Virus record (IMG/VR): IMGVR_UViG_3300048902_000295
Span: 1 to 32,057 of that record
DNA from: a virus
Taxonomy: Duplodnaviria; Caudoviricetes
Length of the DNA stretch: 32,057 nucleotides
Reading direction: 5' to 3' (one strand)
Under the pieces are notes generated by a model. The model saw only the letters and a program-made list of their open reading frames with translations, had not been told where the DNA came from and searched no databases. Numbering within the stretch: the first letter of the stretch is position 1; each line of letters opens with the position of its first letter. Of the stretch, positions 16,084-26,639 are shown in pieces. Made by a program: the position numbers and the translations under genes.

Positions 16084-19000
16084 ACTCCCGCCTCTCCTGT
16101 GATTCCACCATCGCTCGCGGTCAAGAACAAGTTCGTGCCGTCGAAGGATGGTAGCTGTAACCAAATCTTTCCGCCGGTCGCTCCAGACATCCGCACGATC
16201 ACCAGCTTCGGCATCGCCAGCAGCCCGTGCGGCACGGTAAAGTTTCCAGGCGCTCCCGGAGCCAGCGCAACCGAGATGAAGCGAGTCAACGTCGGCGTGC
16301 GCGGCGCGGTGACCCAAGCGTAGTCCTTCCCAGTGATGCCGGCGTCGGACGCGATCAAGTTCAAGTCGGTTGACGTGTACGGCGGCGTACCCTTCCAGAT
16401 GTCGCCCGACGAATCCATCTGCACGAGGCCGAGCGTGGGCGTCGAGGCGAGCCCGTGCGGCACGACGTAAGCGCCGCCTGCGGACGGCGACAGCGGGACG
16501 GAAGCGTCAGCCGGGCCGTAAAAGAACGACACGTTCGCGGTCAACCCCGTGTCCGACGCCGTGAGGTACACGTTGGTGCCATCGACCGAGAGCGGACGCT
16601 GCAGCCAGATGTCGCCGCTCGAGGTCATCTGCACGATCGCGAAGAGCGGCGTGGCGAGCAGCCCGTGGGCCACGGTGAAGTTGCCCGGAGCCGGCGAGGT
16701 GACGGGGATGGTCACGATTTCCGGCGAGGGAATGATCGCGCAGTTGCCAGGCGCGTAGCTGTACGGCGTGCAGTCCGCGAGGTCTTGAACCGCCGCGCCG
16801 AAGATGTTGAACGCTTGAAACTTGAAGAACAAAGTCTGCCCGACCCACGTGGGCTGCAGCGCCAGCTTGGCGATGCCCGATCCGTCGCCGAACTGGTTTT
16901 GAACCGCGACGCTCGCCGCCCCGAGGAATGCGAACCGCTTCCCGGCGGCGTGCGAGACCGACCCAGACAGCGGCTGATGGTAGACGGCGCGGCGCAGCCC
17001 GTTCGGGCTCGCCGGCAGCGTGTAGTGATAGGCGCTCGTCAGTGTCGCTGTCGAGTACGTTCCGAGCTCGTAGCCGCACGTCGTCGAGCCCTCGACGTAG
17101 AACGGAAACACGAAATTGTTCTCGTCGGTGAGCGGGTACGAGGCGAGCGACCCAAGGCTCTCGCTGAGGTCCAGCACCAAATCGTTAACGAAGTCCGGGT
17201 CGAGCCCAGCAGGCCACGGGGAGGCGAGGATGCCGGTGACGGCCTTCCCGAAGATGGTGAAGATCGGGTTGGTTCCGTAGGACGCGCCGCCGTCAGTCGA
17301 CACGAACACGTTGCAGCCACCGTAGTTGGGGTTTGACGAGCTGACCGGAATCCAGAGCTGCTGAGCTTCGTTCACGGTCATCGCCGTCGGCGGCTCGAGG
17401 AAGATGGGGGTGTTCACGCTGCCTGGATCAGCGTTGATGTCGACCACGTTCGGCGTGACGATCGTCGCCGTCAAGTTGTTCGGGTAGTGCAGCCCGTAGA
17501 TAAAATTTTCGGCCTCGCACTCGAGGCCGCCGGACTTCGTCTCCTTCACGCTGGTGAGGCGCAGCGGAGTTTGATTCAGCCCGATGCGCGGCTCCGTCAC
17601 CGTGATTAGGTCCATCGCCTCGAGAAAGAGAAACTTCGGCTGGACCTTAAACTTGTACGTGTTGCGTAGGTAGACCTTCCGGCGAATCTGGATGGCGAGA
17701 ATTTTTCGCGCCACCGTCGGGTCCACGATCATGTTCAAGACGGTCGGCGGCAGCTTTCGCGGACCGTACAAGTAGATCGCGCCGGACTCCGGCTCGGACA
17801 CCGTCGCCTGGTTGTACTTGTTGTTGCGATCGAAGTGCTGAACTTGAAGAATGTTGTTCGCGTCAACCTGCGCCTTCCGGCCCACCACCACCGGGGGGTT
17901 CGAGCCATCTGCGATCAAGTCGTCATCCGTCAAGTCGGCCACCGGCCCGTTGGCCGTCGGCGAGAGGAAGCACGCGGCGAAGCCGCCCGTCGGCGCGGTG
18001 GAGTCGTCCGCCGCCGACCCGTCGCCGATCACCGACACCTCGCTGTACGCGATCGACTTTTGCCGGAAGCCGCCCCAGACCGGCGCGGCGTTCATGCACA
18101 TGTAGAGATCCTTCAGCCAATCGGAGGCCTTTCGCTGCGCGTCCATGCAAAGAGCTCCCTGCAGGTGGCCCGACCGGCACTGCAGGCGCACATTCATCAG
18201 CGTGTCGAAGTCCACGATGTCGCTCAGCGTCTTCGGGTACGGCACCACACCGCTGACCTGCTTCGACTTCACCGCGAACAGCACCAGCGTGTTCAAGTTC
18301 GCGTGGCCGTCATACGAGAAAGTATACGTGCCGGGCTTGTACGTCTTCCGCCCGTAGAGTGCGACGCCGTTGTGAATGAACGGAACGGGCAGCAGGTCCT
18401 TCCACTGCGGCGACGCCTTAATGTTCGTGTACGAGCTGTCCGTCAGCAGCACGGCGACGAGGTAGCCCGGATCACCCGTGGTCGTGATCGAGGCAGTGAG
18501 CGTGCCGCCCCCCGTGTTGTTCACCACCACCGGAGCGCCGTCAACCTGCTGTGAGCCTTGGTCGAACTCGAGGATGATGCCCTGCGCGCCGAACGGAAAG
18601 CCGCCGCCGCCCGAGGTCATGTCCACCAAATTGCCAGCGCCGCCGATCGCGCCGTCTACGTACCACACTGCTTGCTGCGACGCGCCGGTCGAGACGAACG
18701 CCGGCAGCCAGGTGTTGACCTGCGTGTCCACGATCGTCGGCGGCGTGCCAGCGCCAGGCCGGGACCAAAACCCAACGCCTAAAAGAACGCTGCCCGGATT
18801 GTTTGGCTGCGGGTAGAGCAGCGACGGGTTCGAGGGCTCGAGCGCCTGCGACCAATTTTTCTGCACGACGCCCGGCATGTCGAGGCAGTTCAACCCACGC
18901 TGAATCAAGCCGAGTCCGTCACCGGTCTGCAGCATGCCGCTCTTGAAGATGTCCTCGAGGATGTCCGCGTACTCCGCGTCACCACGGGGGTTGCCGGCAG

Positions 19001-19931
19001 GGTCGAACGTGGACGGGAGAAAGCTTCCGGTGCCGCAAACCTCCATGCGCCACGATGGAATCGAGGCGGTGGTGCCGAGATCCATGTCGGACGAGCCCAC
19101 GCCGGCATACGCTTTGTACAGCCGCTGCTGGCCGGGAAGCCCCGCGTCGGCGTACTCGGTGCCGTTGCCGAGCACGTTCTCGAAGACGAAGCGATTGTAC
19201 GTGAGCGGCGACTGCCGCTTGATCACCGCGCTGAGCTGCGCGTAATAAACGTAGATGAAGAAGTCCGCGCCGAACACGCCGTCATTCGGTCGCGTCGGGT
19301 TGTTCATCGGAAAGGTGTTAATTCTTCCGACGCTCGTGTTGTACGGAATCTGAAACGTGGGGCCGTCGCCTGGCTTCCAGAAGTAGTACGGAAAGCGAGA
19401 CAGGTTCGGGTCATTCAGGTCCGGGCCGTGCTGGTAACCATTCCACATCGGGAACTCGTACTTCGTGAGCGGCAAAGAAACATTGCGATACGACACCGGG
19501 CCGGGAGCACCGTAGTCATCAAACGTGATGTCGTAGTTGATGGAGCACTCGAGCGTCATCGCTATGATCGCGTAGAAGTAAGGGTCGGCGATGGTGATGG
19601 GGTTGTTCCACGACCCGCCTAGATTTCCATCAATCTTGAGGCGAACGAAGTTCAGCGGGTAGTAGTTGCTTTGATTCGACCAGATCTGAAGAACGTTTTG
19701 AATCGGGTTGGCTCCAAGGAGCATGTCGATGTTCTCGACGTAAGCCGGCGGCCCCTTCTTGCTCTTAAACTTTTTCGTGCTGTGGCCCGGTCGCAGGTTC
19801 GCGGCCCAGATCGCCAGCGGCGCTCCGCGTGCGCAGCCGTAGTAGTTCGGAATCGTCGCTCCGTAGGTCGCGGCCTGCAGCAGCGTGCCGAGCGCCGTTG
19901 GCCGATGAACGCTTTGCTTACCGAAGCCCAT
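16074..19931 (-). CDS. Tail tip / central fibre protein (host-specificity J/GTA-like)
   Basis: ATYGATIPNYYG start, RNTYKFKV..FLEAMDLITV, YGGCNVFVSTDGGASY, LRRAVY...HAAGKRFAFL, VGQTLFFKFQAFNIFG; follows NlpC/P60. Confidence 0.85.
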   Translation of the reverse strand: MGFGKQSVHRPTALGTLLQAATYGATIPNYYGCARGAPLAIWAANLRPGHSTKKFKSKKGPPAYVENIDMLLGANPIQNVLQIWSNQSNYYPLNFVRLKIDGNLGGSWNNPITIADPYFYAIIAMTLECSINYDITFDDYGAPGPVSYRNVSLPLTKYEFPMWNGYQHGPDLNDPNLSRFPYYFWKPGDGPTFQIPYNTSVGRINTFPMNNPTRPNDGVFGADFFIYVYYAQLSAVIKRQSPLTYNRFVFENVLGNGTEYADAGLPGQQRLYKAYAGVGSSDMDLGTTASIPSWRMEVCGTGSFLPSTFDPAGNPRGDAEYADILEDIFKSGMLQTGDGLGLIQRGLNCLDMPGVVQKNWSQALEPSNPSLLYPQPNNPGSVLLGVGFWSRPGAGTPPTIVDTQVNTWLPAFVSTGASQQAVWYVDGAIGGAGNLVDMTSGGGGFPFGAQGIILEFDQGSQQVDGAPVVVNNTGGGTLTASITTTGDPGYLVAVLLTDSSYTNIKASPQWKDLLPVPFIHNGVALYGRKTYKPGTYTFSYDGHANLNTLVLFAVKSKQVSGVVPYPKTLSDIVDFDTLMNVRLQCRSGHLQGALCMDAQRKASDWLKDLYMCMNAAPVWGGFRQKSIAYSEVSVIGDGSAADDSTAPTGGFAACFLSPTANGPVADLTDDDLIADGSNPPVVVGRKAQVDANNILQVQHFDRNNKYNQATVSEPESGAIYLYGPRKLPPTVLNMIVDPTVARKILAIQIRRKVYLRNTYKFKVQPKFLFLEAMDLITVTEPRIGLNQTPLRLTSVKETKSGGLECEAENFIYGLHYPNNLTATIVTPNVVDINADPGSVNTPIFLEPPTAMTVNEAQQLWIPVSSSNPNYGGCNVFVSTDGGASYGTNPIFTIFGKAVTGILASPWPAGLDPDFVNDLVLDLSESLGSLASYPLTDENNFVFPFYVEGSTTCGYELGTYSTATLTSAYHYTLPASPNGLRRAVYHQPLSGSVSHAAGKRFAFLGAASVAVQNQFGDGSGIAKLALQPTWVGQTLFFKFQAFNIFGAAVQDLADCTPYSYAPGNCAIIPSPEIVTIPVTSPAPGNFTVAHGLLATPLFAIVQMTSSGDIWLQRPLSVDGTNVYLTASDTGLTANVSFFYGPADASVPLSPSAGGAYVVPHGLASTPTLGLVQMDSSGDIWKGTPPYTSTDLNLIASDAGITGKDYAWVTAPRTPTLTRFISVALAPGAPGNFTVPHGLLAMPKLVIVRMSGATGGKIWLQLPSFDGTNLFLTASDGGITGEAGVWG

Positions 19932-20421
19932 TTCTCATTTTCTCCCACGGGTCGAAGATCTTTACCGTCTTGTGCGCCCACAGCCAGTGCGTCGAAGCGT
20001 CAACCTCTTTCACGTGCTCCGGCGCGGCGTGAAGAACCAGCGGCCACCTCACGACGATCGCCGCGTGGTCGAACGCGTGCCCAGCGTTCTTCTTCTCCGG
20101 ATCTGGCTCCACCGTGCGCACGAGGGCCACGTTTCCGGGCTCAGCCTTTAACGTCGGGTAGCTGACGCTCTCGAGAACTTTTACCGCGTGCCGCAGCATG
20201 CGAAAGACGTAGATCTCTTCCTTGACGTGGCACGACCAGTCGCCGCCGAAGATTCCGATCTGCTCCTCTTGAATTAATCCGCAGTGCCGGTACACGGCGT
20301 AAATGAAGCGCGCGCAGTCCACGCCAGCGCTCTTGCAGCATTGGTTCATCTCGTACGGTGTTCGCTCCCACGTTCGAGCTTCGGCGATCACGGCCTCGCG
20401 CCACTCGTGTTCGGGCATCAT
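19918..20421 (-). CDS. NlpC/P60 family tail assembly peptidase
   Basis: EARTWERTPY, GVDCARF, HAAIV...LHA. Confidence 0.9.
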   Translation of the reverse strand: MMPEHEWREAVIAEARTWERTPYEMNQCCKSAGVDCARFIYAVYRHCGLIQEEQIGIFGGDWSCHVKEEIYVFRMLRHAVKVLESVSYPTLKAEPGNVALVRTVEPDPEKKNAGHAFDHAAIVVRWPLVLHAAPEHVKEVDASTHWLWAHKTVKIFDPWEKMRNGLR

Positions 20422-21350
20422 AGCGCGGTCTCCGGGTCGGGCACGAAGTCAAAGCCTTGGTAGAGCGGGTCGGTGTTGTTCACCGGCGCTTGGGTCGACA
20501 CGTAGAACTCGTCGCCGGGAGTTGGGTCCCAAGGAAAGGGGCTGTACACTTGAAACTGGTTGCGGTGAATGCCACCCCCAGCGTTGAAGTCAAGGTTCGT
20601 TCCGATCGCGGACCACAGCCCGGCGAGCGTCGAGCCCGGCAGAAATACCATGAAGCCTCGAGCAAACTTATCTTTGCCATAGATCTTTCCAGCCGTTGGC
20701 TGAATGCACGTTCCCAAGATCACGACGCGGTCGGACGGCGCGTTCACCACGAAGGTTGGCACCGACGTCTCGCCGTCCGTAAGAACTGGCGACGCGCCGG
20801 TGTAGCCGGCCTGCGTGTTCTGCGACTCGATGACGTTCGGCGGAATCGGCTCGTTGATCACGTTTAAAAAGCTATTAACGTTAAACACGATCGAGTTTCG
20901 CTGCACCGTGGTTTCCGCAATCCAGCCGCCGAACCACTCGCACGCGCCGTAGGTGTTCGCGTCGCCTGGCGTCGGCATCACGGTGCGCCAGCACCGAACT
21001 CGCTTGTTGTCGTAGTACCCGAGCTGCGCAAGCTGATACGGGCTCGCCGTCGCGATGTCCGTCGTGAACAGAACGGCGGGTGGCGACCACTTCAACGTCA
21101 TGTTCGTAACTTCCAGCCCGACCTTCGAGACCACGTTCCGCTCGCGCTCGATCGCGGCTGGATAAAACGTGCCCCAGAATGGCCATGACAGTGGCGAAGG
21201 GTACTCGGTTAGAAACAAAGCCTTCGGGTCTTCCGCTTCGCCAATCAAGATCAGGTCGGCGCGGCCAAGCTGCAGCGCCGCTCGACTCTTTAAGAAGGCG
21301 ACGACCGTGCTAGTGACGTCAACACCCGCTCCGCTGATGAACGTTCTCAC
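20418..21350 (-). CDS. DUF2163-like tail hub protein
   Basis: GTG at 21350 (GTGA overlap); VGLEVTNMTL, GYYDNKRV, PTPGDEFYV, GFDFVPDPETAL terminus. Confidence 0.8.
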   Translation of the reverse strand: MRTFISGAGVDVTSTVVAFLKSRAALQLGRADLILIGEAEDPKALFLTEYPSPLSWPFWGTFYPAAIERERNVVSKVGLEVTNMTLKWSPPAVLFTTDIATASPYQLAQLGYYDNKRVRCWRTVMPTPGDANTYGACEWFGGWIAETTVQRNSIVFNVNSFLNVINEPIPPNVIESQNTQAGYTGASPVLTDGETSVPTFVVNAPSDRVVILGTCIQPTAGKIYGKDKFARGFMVFLPGSTLAGLWSAIGTNLDFNAGGGIHRNQFQVYSPFPWDPTPGDEFYVSTQAPVNNTDPLYQGFDFVPDPETAL

Positions 21351-22840
21351 GGTGTCACCTGATTCGAAGCCGCGATCGTCGACTCGGTGCCGGTAGCCCA
21401 AGCCGGCGGCCCACCCACCGTGGTCACGCCGTACACGTAGCTGGTGCCGGTGACCGCCGTGGTGTCGGTGTAAGAGGTGGTCGCGACCGGCGTGCCGCCG
21501 TTCAGCGGTGTCCCAGAAAAAGTTCCTCCGGCCACCGCCCGATAAACGTTGTAGCCCACGACGTTCGCCGCCATCGAAGCCGTCCAACTCACCAGCACCT
21601 GGTGTGTCGTCGCCGTGACGCCGGTTCCGGAGAGCGCGATGCTCACCGAGTTGTCCGCCGCGCTGTTGATAGCCAGCGTCGCCGTCTTCACCCCGATCGT
21701 GGTCGGCGTGAAGCTTACGATCACCCCGCAGCTTCCCAAGGTGAAACCGTTCGCGCACGACCCACCCGTCACGGTGAAGCTCGCGTCGCCGGTCAGCGTG
21801 TAGTAAGGCGTTCCCAGGGCGAACGAACCGAACGTAGCGGACAGCGTGGTGCTGTTCGTCGCGGTCTTCGTCGTGGCGACCGACCCGAACGAAAGCGAGG
21901 TGGCGCTGGTCGCGATCGTCTTCGCCGTCGAGCCGGTGCAAGATAGGTTACTAACCTGCGGCCCATTCGTCGCATCGCTGAGCACGGTGAGTGTCGCCGA
22001 CTTCGCCCCCGCCGAACCAGGCACGCAGCTGACGACGAAGCCACAGGTCAGGTTGGGACCGAGCACCAAGCCATCGCCGCAAGACGTGGCAGGCGGGTCC
22101 ACCGTCCCGACGGTGAACGAGCCTGGGTCTGAGCCGCCGAGGGTGAACCACGGAGTACCCAGTGTGACGGTGCCGGACGTGTCGCGGATGACCGAGCCGG
22201 CGAGCGAGTTCAGGTTGGGGGTGCTAACAGAGATGGTGCCGGGGTTGAACGTAACCGGGCGAACCTGCGTCACCGAGCCGCCGCGAAACGGCCCGTTGTA
22301 CACGTAGAGGTGGTGCGCGTTCGCCGTGACGATCGCGCCGGGAATCGTTCCCGTTAAAGTTCCGGTGTCAACGAATGTGGTCGTGATGGCCTGAAAGTCG
22401 AAGAGAATCGTCGAGGCCGGAGAGAAGTCTTGCCCGTGCACCGTGACCGTAGCGTTCTGCCCCGTCACGAAGTACGTCGGCGTGTAGCTGGTGATCACCG
22501 CCAGCGGGTTCAGCACGGGGAGGAAGACCGTGTTGGAGATGTGCGAAAAGCAAACCGTGTGAATCGACGCCGACCCGATCGCCTGAATCAAGTTTCCGGG
22601 CACCGTCGCGTAGATGATGCTCGACGTTTCGAAGATCGTCGTCAGCGTGACACCGTTAAACGAAACGTTATTTGTGTGGCAGCCCCCGGCTCCGAAGACT
22701 CCATTTAAAATCAAGGTGAAGCTGCCCGAGCCGGCGACCACGCTCGCCGGGGCGATCTTCGAGATGGTCGAGTCCAGCTGAGCGCGCGTCGAAGCGGAGA
22801 GCGCTACGAGCGCGATCAGGGCCAACAGAAATCGCTTCAT
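21347..22840 (-). CDS. Secreted multi-Ig protein (2 IPT/TIG-like, 2 ASH/choice-of-anchor-D-like, 1 FN3)
   Basis: ATG 22840 overlaps the upstream TGA; MKRFLLALIALVALSASTRA signal; LSFGSV, FTPTTIGVKTATL, IALSGTG, YNVYR motifs. Confidence 0.8.
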   Translation of the reverse strand: MKRFLLALIALVALSASTRAQLDSTISKIAPASVVAGSGSFTLILNGVFGAGGCHTNNVSFNGVTLTTIFETSSIIYATVPGNLIQAIGSASIHTVCFSHISNTVFLPVLNPLAVITSYTPTYFVTGQNATVTVHGQDFSPASTILFDFQAITTTFVDTGTLTGTIPGAIVTANAHHLYVYNGPFRGGSVTQVRPVTFNPGTISVSTPNLNSLAGSVIRDTSGTVTLGTPWFTLGGSDPGSFTVGTVDPPATSCGDGLVLGPNLTCGFVVSCVPGSAGAKSATLTVLSDATNGPQVSNLSCTGSTAKTIATSATSLSFGSVATTKTATNSTTLSATFGSFALGTPYYTLTGDASFTVTGGSCANGFTLGSCGVIVSFTPTTIGVKTATLAINSAADNSVSIALSGTGVTATTHQVLVSWTASMAANVVGYNVYRAVAGGTFSGTPLNGGTPVATTSYTDTTAVTGTSYVYGVTTVGGPPAWATGTESTIAASNQVTP

Positions 22841-23568
22841 AGGGTAGTCGTCCTCGCGGTGATCAAGCTGATGTTTGACGAGCTCTGCGCTTCCGCTCCG
22901 CCAATGCACCACAGGTTGTAAGTAAACTTTTCAAAGTCTTGCCCGTCCATGTCAAAGCGAACGCGGAAGTAATAATTGGCTTGCGCCGTAACCGGCCCAG
23001 TAGGAGCACCCGCTACCCAGCTCAGATACATTCCGGCGAACGAATAACCGGGAATCGCTAGCCCCGGTCCGGCCAACGTGTAGTCCGTGCCGCCGCCTAC
23101 CTGCGCGACGCCGTTCGCGAACACGCTGATGCCGCCATTCAGGTCAGTGATGTCTTCGTAAAACTCACCACCCATACTGCGCTGCACCGGCGAGTAGTAG
23201 TTTCCCGCGCCATCGTTTACCACCTGAAGCTGCGCTTGTAAGTTAGGGGACAGATCCGGCAGCAGAGCCGGACCGATGAAGTCATCATCCGGGTCGTCGA
23301 ACAGAAACGAATCGAACTTCCCCTGACGAGCGAGAAAGAAGCCCAGCAGGCGTTGAAAGTCCGGGTACGACTCGCCGCCGGCAATCCACCGCGAGTTGTT
23401 TCCTAGCACGTCGTAGGCGAGCGTCCACTTCCAGATCGGATTGTTCGTTTGGTACAGCCGGTTCTCGACGGAGCCAGCCGAGCTCTCGACGAGCGTACTG
23501 AAGGCCGCGTTCTTCACCACGGTGAAGGTGAGGCCGCGAAGGTTACCGGGATAGATGGCGTTGCTCAT
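22837..23568 (-). CDS. DUF2460-like distal tail protein
   Basis: FFLARQGKFDSFLFDDPDD, YYFRVRFDMD; follows the tape measure gene. Confidence 0.85.
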   Translation of the reverse strand: MSNAIYPGNLRGLTFTVVKNAAFSTLVESSAGSVENRLYQTNNPIWKWTLAYDVLGNNSRWIAGGESYPDFQRLLGFFLARQGKFDSFLFDDPDDDFIGPALLPDLSPNLQAQLQVVNDGAGNYYSPVQRSMGGEFYEDITDLNGGISVFANGVAQVGGGTDYTLAGPGLAIPGYSFAGMYLSWVAGAPTGPVTAQANYYFRVRFDMDGQDFEKFTYNLWCIGGAEAQSSSNISLITARTTTL

Positions 23569-26500
23569 GCGATTGTCGGAATCAGCCCTCTCCGAACTCC
23601 GACGCTGATGGCGTCCGCGAGCTCTTCGTGAGACATCCTTCCGTTCTCATCTCCATGCTGGTGAACGTGAATCTCCGGCTTGACGTTAACCGTCTTGTAG
23701 TTGTTCGTCGTTGCCCCACCCGTGTTGTTCGTCGTGGGCCCCGCCGGGTTGCTAAGCTCCGGCGGAACGTTCACCGACGGTGGCTGCAGGCCGCCAGCCG
23801 AGATCAAGTTTTGAAGACCTAAGCTGATCGGCGGCGGCAGAATGGTTTCGTTCTTGTGGGCGGCAATCAGCATATCTTCTTTCAGCACCGCGCCCTTTTC
23901 CGCCGCGCCCACCGCGAGAAAGCCCAACGTCTGCGCGACGGCGGCGGCGGCCACTTCCGGAGCAGTTGAAACGTTGATCGGAAACGGCAGCGCTTCCATC
24001 ACGGAGGCGAACGCCGCCGCTCCCGCCGCGCCGGCATCAGAACCGATCTTCAACTCGTTGCTCGAGATCACCGCCGCGACCGCCGCCGTCTGTCCTGCGG
24101 CTTCCGCCGTCGTCCTCGCCGCCGCGCCTGCCGTCGCCGCCGCCGTCCGAGCGGCCTCTCCCGTGGTGATCGCCGCCGTCTTCGCCGTCTCTTGCGCGAC
24201 GGTCGCTCCCGTTTCCGCCGTGTCAACCGCTTTCTGCGCCGTCGCTTCCGCCGTCGTCTGCGCCACGCGCTTGATTCCGAGCGCCGAGAGGAAAGCGTCG
24301 AAGAAAGTTTCCGTCGCCTTCTTCGCGCTAGTCGACTGCGTGTGGATGACGTTGATCTTTAAGGCCGTCAGCGCTTCCTGCAGCACGATCTGCGCGAGGG
24401 ACTGGACGTAGTTGCCGACGATCTGAATGCCCATTCGGCCCCAGCCCTCAACCATCTGGTTCCAGAAGGTTTGCATCACGGTGGAAAACTTCGTATGCTG
24501 CGTCAGCATCTGGTCGAATGCCGACGAGAACGAGCCGCTGACGACGTTCATCGTTTGCTGGAAGTTCGCGGCCACTCGCTCGTCGATGCGCTCGCGATCA
24601 TTCGCAAACTTCTGGTCGAGCAGCGACATCTCGTTAAGAGCTTTCCGATACTCCAACGAAGTTTCACCGAAAGTTTTTCTCGCGAACTCGGCCGCCGACT
24701 CCATCGTCACCCGCTGCGCGTCGTACCACCGGTTCAGCGCGATCGTCTCGGCCCCGGCCCACTGGGATAAAGTAATTTCATGAGCGCGAAGGCGAACCTC
24801 ATCCGAGCGCCGCGTTTGCTCTAAAACCAAGCTGGAAGTCTCTCGAGCGAATCGAAGCTCTTCTTCTTGTTCGCGCCGCGCCAGCTCTCGCTTTCGCGTC
24901 TCACCATCTTCGGTGATCGCGACTTCTTTATCAATCTGCTCTTTCTTTAAGTTCACCAACTGCTGGTTCAGTGTGATGATCTGCGCTTGGTTTTTGTTCG
25001 GATCTTGGTTTGCAATCCTCAGCTCTTCTTCCAGCAGCGCACGCTCGGCCGCGATTCGTTTCGCTAGCCCATCTTTCAAGATGACCGTTTCTTGGTCAAT
25101 CGTGATTTGCCGCAGCGACAGCTTTCGCCGCGCCGCCGCCTCGTCGTCGGTTACCTCGAGGTCCGTCGCGCTCTTCGAAGCTTGAGCGAGAGCACGGGAG
25201 ACGGCGTTCGCGTGGGACAACCTCTTCTCGTCCGCCGCCGCATCGATGTTCGCGATCGTCGTAGCGTGGGCCAGCTCCGCCACCTCGAGATTCGCGTTAA
25301 GCGTCGCCACCTCCGGCCCGATGTCTTTACCGGGGTGGATGACGGCTTCCTTCTGAGCCTCGGAGATTCGCTGCGCCGTGTACGTTTTGAAGTTTTCTAG
25401 CTTCTGGTCGGCGGCCAGCTTTTCGTTCACGACCTCTTCGTCAAGATTAAGTTGGTTCAAACTGAACAGCCGCTTCGTGCCGGCCGAGAAGTATTCCACA
25501 TACGAGTCGGCGATCTTCTTTCGAGTTTCCGTCGCCGAGACTTCGTCTTTCAGCTCACGGTCAAGCTCTTCGATTCGAGTGGTGACGGCTAGCTTCGGAA
25601 CGGTGATTTGGTTTATCTCTCGCTGCCGCGCCGCGTTCTTCGCCTGCGCCGCTTCCAGCTCGGTGTAACGGTTCTGCTGTTCCTTGATCTCCTCGTTCGC
25701 TCGCGTGATCCAGTTGATGATGTTCTGGCCGATCTGAGCTTCCGCCGCTCGCGACCCGAGACGATCATGCTCCTCCTGAGTTTGAGTCGCGTGAAGCTCC
25801 TCTAGCCGCCGCTTCGTCTCTTCGATCTGACCCTGACGAACTTTGTAGTCGTTCGCCAGCCCCAACTGCTCTTGACGAAGGTTCGCGGTCTCGATCGACT
25901 CGCGGCGAGAGCCCTCGGTTCCGATCACCGTGAGCTCGCGGCGTCCCTTCGCTAGCTCTAAGTTTTGGGCGATGACCTCGTCATTTAATTTTATTTGGTT
26001 TTGATAAGTCTTCTTCGCTTGCTCATCCCACTCGACGAGCTTGTCGACAATCTTTCCGATCGCTTCCGGCATCTCCAACAGCGTTTCAATAAAGATGCCG
26101 ACGATCGCGACGGAGAACGCCGCCGCCATCGCTTCCTGCACCAGCGGAATCCGGCCCAGCAGGTGGCCGAGCGCCCCCGGAATCCTCACGCCGACCGACT
26201 CGCCTAGCAGGTTCGCCTTCTCGGTCGTCTCCGCCGCTTCGAACCGAAGCGCTCGAAGTTCGGTCCGCGCCGCCGTCATCTCTTGAGTGGCTCGCCGCAG
26301 CTGAGTTTGAAGTTGGTCGAGCCGGGTTTGATCGTTCGTCTGCAAGATCTCGGCTCGCAGGCGAGCCACCTCGGCCGTCGTCTCGATTACTTTTCCGCGC
26401 AGCGCGTCGAAGGCGAGGATGCCGGACGTCTTAGTTTGAACGAAACCATTCAGCGTTTCAGTCGTTACACTCTGCACCGACTTCGACACGGCTACGTCCG

Positions 26501-26639
26501 CCGCCGCGACGGACTCAAAGCTAGTCTTGATCGCCCCGGTGCCGGACGCCGTTTCCTCGATCATCTTACTCAAGCCGGCTTCGTACGGCGCGATGTCGAT
26601 CGTAGCGCCGGCTTCTAAGATAACGTCTGAGTCCGCCAT
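23565..26639 (-). CDS. Tape measure protein
   Basis: 1024 aa, helical, Ala/Glu-rich; AHKNETILP near the C-terminus; follows the tail chaperones. Confidence 0.9.
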   Translation of the reverse strand: MADSDVILEAGATIDIAPYEAGLSKMIEETASGTGAIKTSFESVAAADVAVSKSVQSVTTETLNGFVQTKTSGILAFDALRGKVIETTAEVARLRAEILQTNDQTRLDQLQTQLRRATQEMTAARTELRALRFEAAETTEKANLLGESVGVRIPGALGHLLGRIPLVQEAMAAAFSVAIVGIFIETLLEMPEAIGKIVDKLVEWDEQAKKTYQNQIKLNDEVIAQNLELAKGRRELTVIGTEGSRRESIETANLRQEQLGLANDYKVRQGQIEETKRRLEELHATQTQEEHDRLGSRAAEAQIGQNIINWITRANEEIKEQQNRYTELEAAQAKNAARQREINQITVPKLAVTTRIEELDRELKDEVSATETRKKIADSYVEYFSAGTKRLFSLNQLNLDEEVVNEKLAADQKLENFKTYTAQRISEAQKEAVIHPGKDIGPEVATLNANLEVAELAHATTIANIDAAADEKRLSHANAVSRALAQASKSATDLEVTDDEAAARRKLSLRQITIDQETVILKDGLAKRIAAERALLEEELRIANQDPNKNQAQIITLNQQLVNLKKEQIDKEVAITEDGETRKRELARREQEEELRFARETSSLVLEQTRRSDEVRLRAHEITLSQWAGAETIALNRWYDAQRVTMESAAEFARKTFGETSLEYRKALNEMSLLDQKFANDRERIDERVAANFQQTMNVVSGSFSSAFDQMLTQHTKFSTVMQTFWNQMVEGWGRMGIQIVGNYVQSLAQIVLQEALTALKINVIHTQSTSAKKATETFFDAFLSALGIKRVAQTTAEATAQKAVDTAETGATVAQETAKTAAITTGEAARTAAATAGAAARTTAEAAGQTAAVAAVISSNELKIGSDAGAAGAAAFASVMEALPFPINVSTAPEVAAAAVAQTLGFLAVGAAEKGAVLKEDMLIAAHKNETILPPPISLGLQNLISAGGLQPPSVNVPPELSNPAGPTTNNTGGATTNNYKTVNVKPEIHVHQHGDENGRMSHEELADAISVGVRRGLIPTIA

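Noticed and set aside
16074-23568. Gene transfer agent
   Set aside because: The tail module is GTA-like, but the early genes, DNA-modification genes and ribozyme point to a genuine phage.
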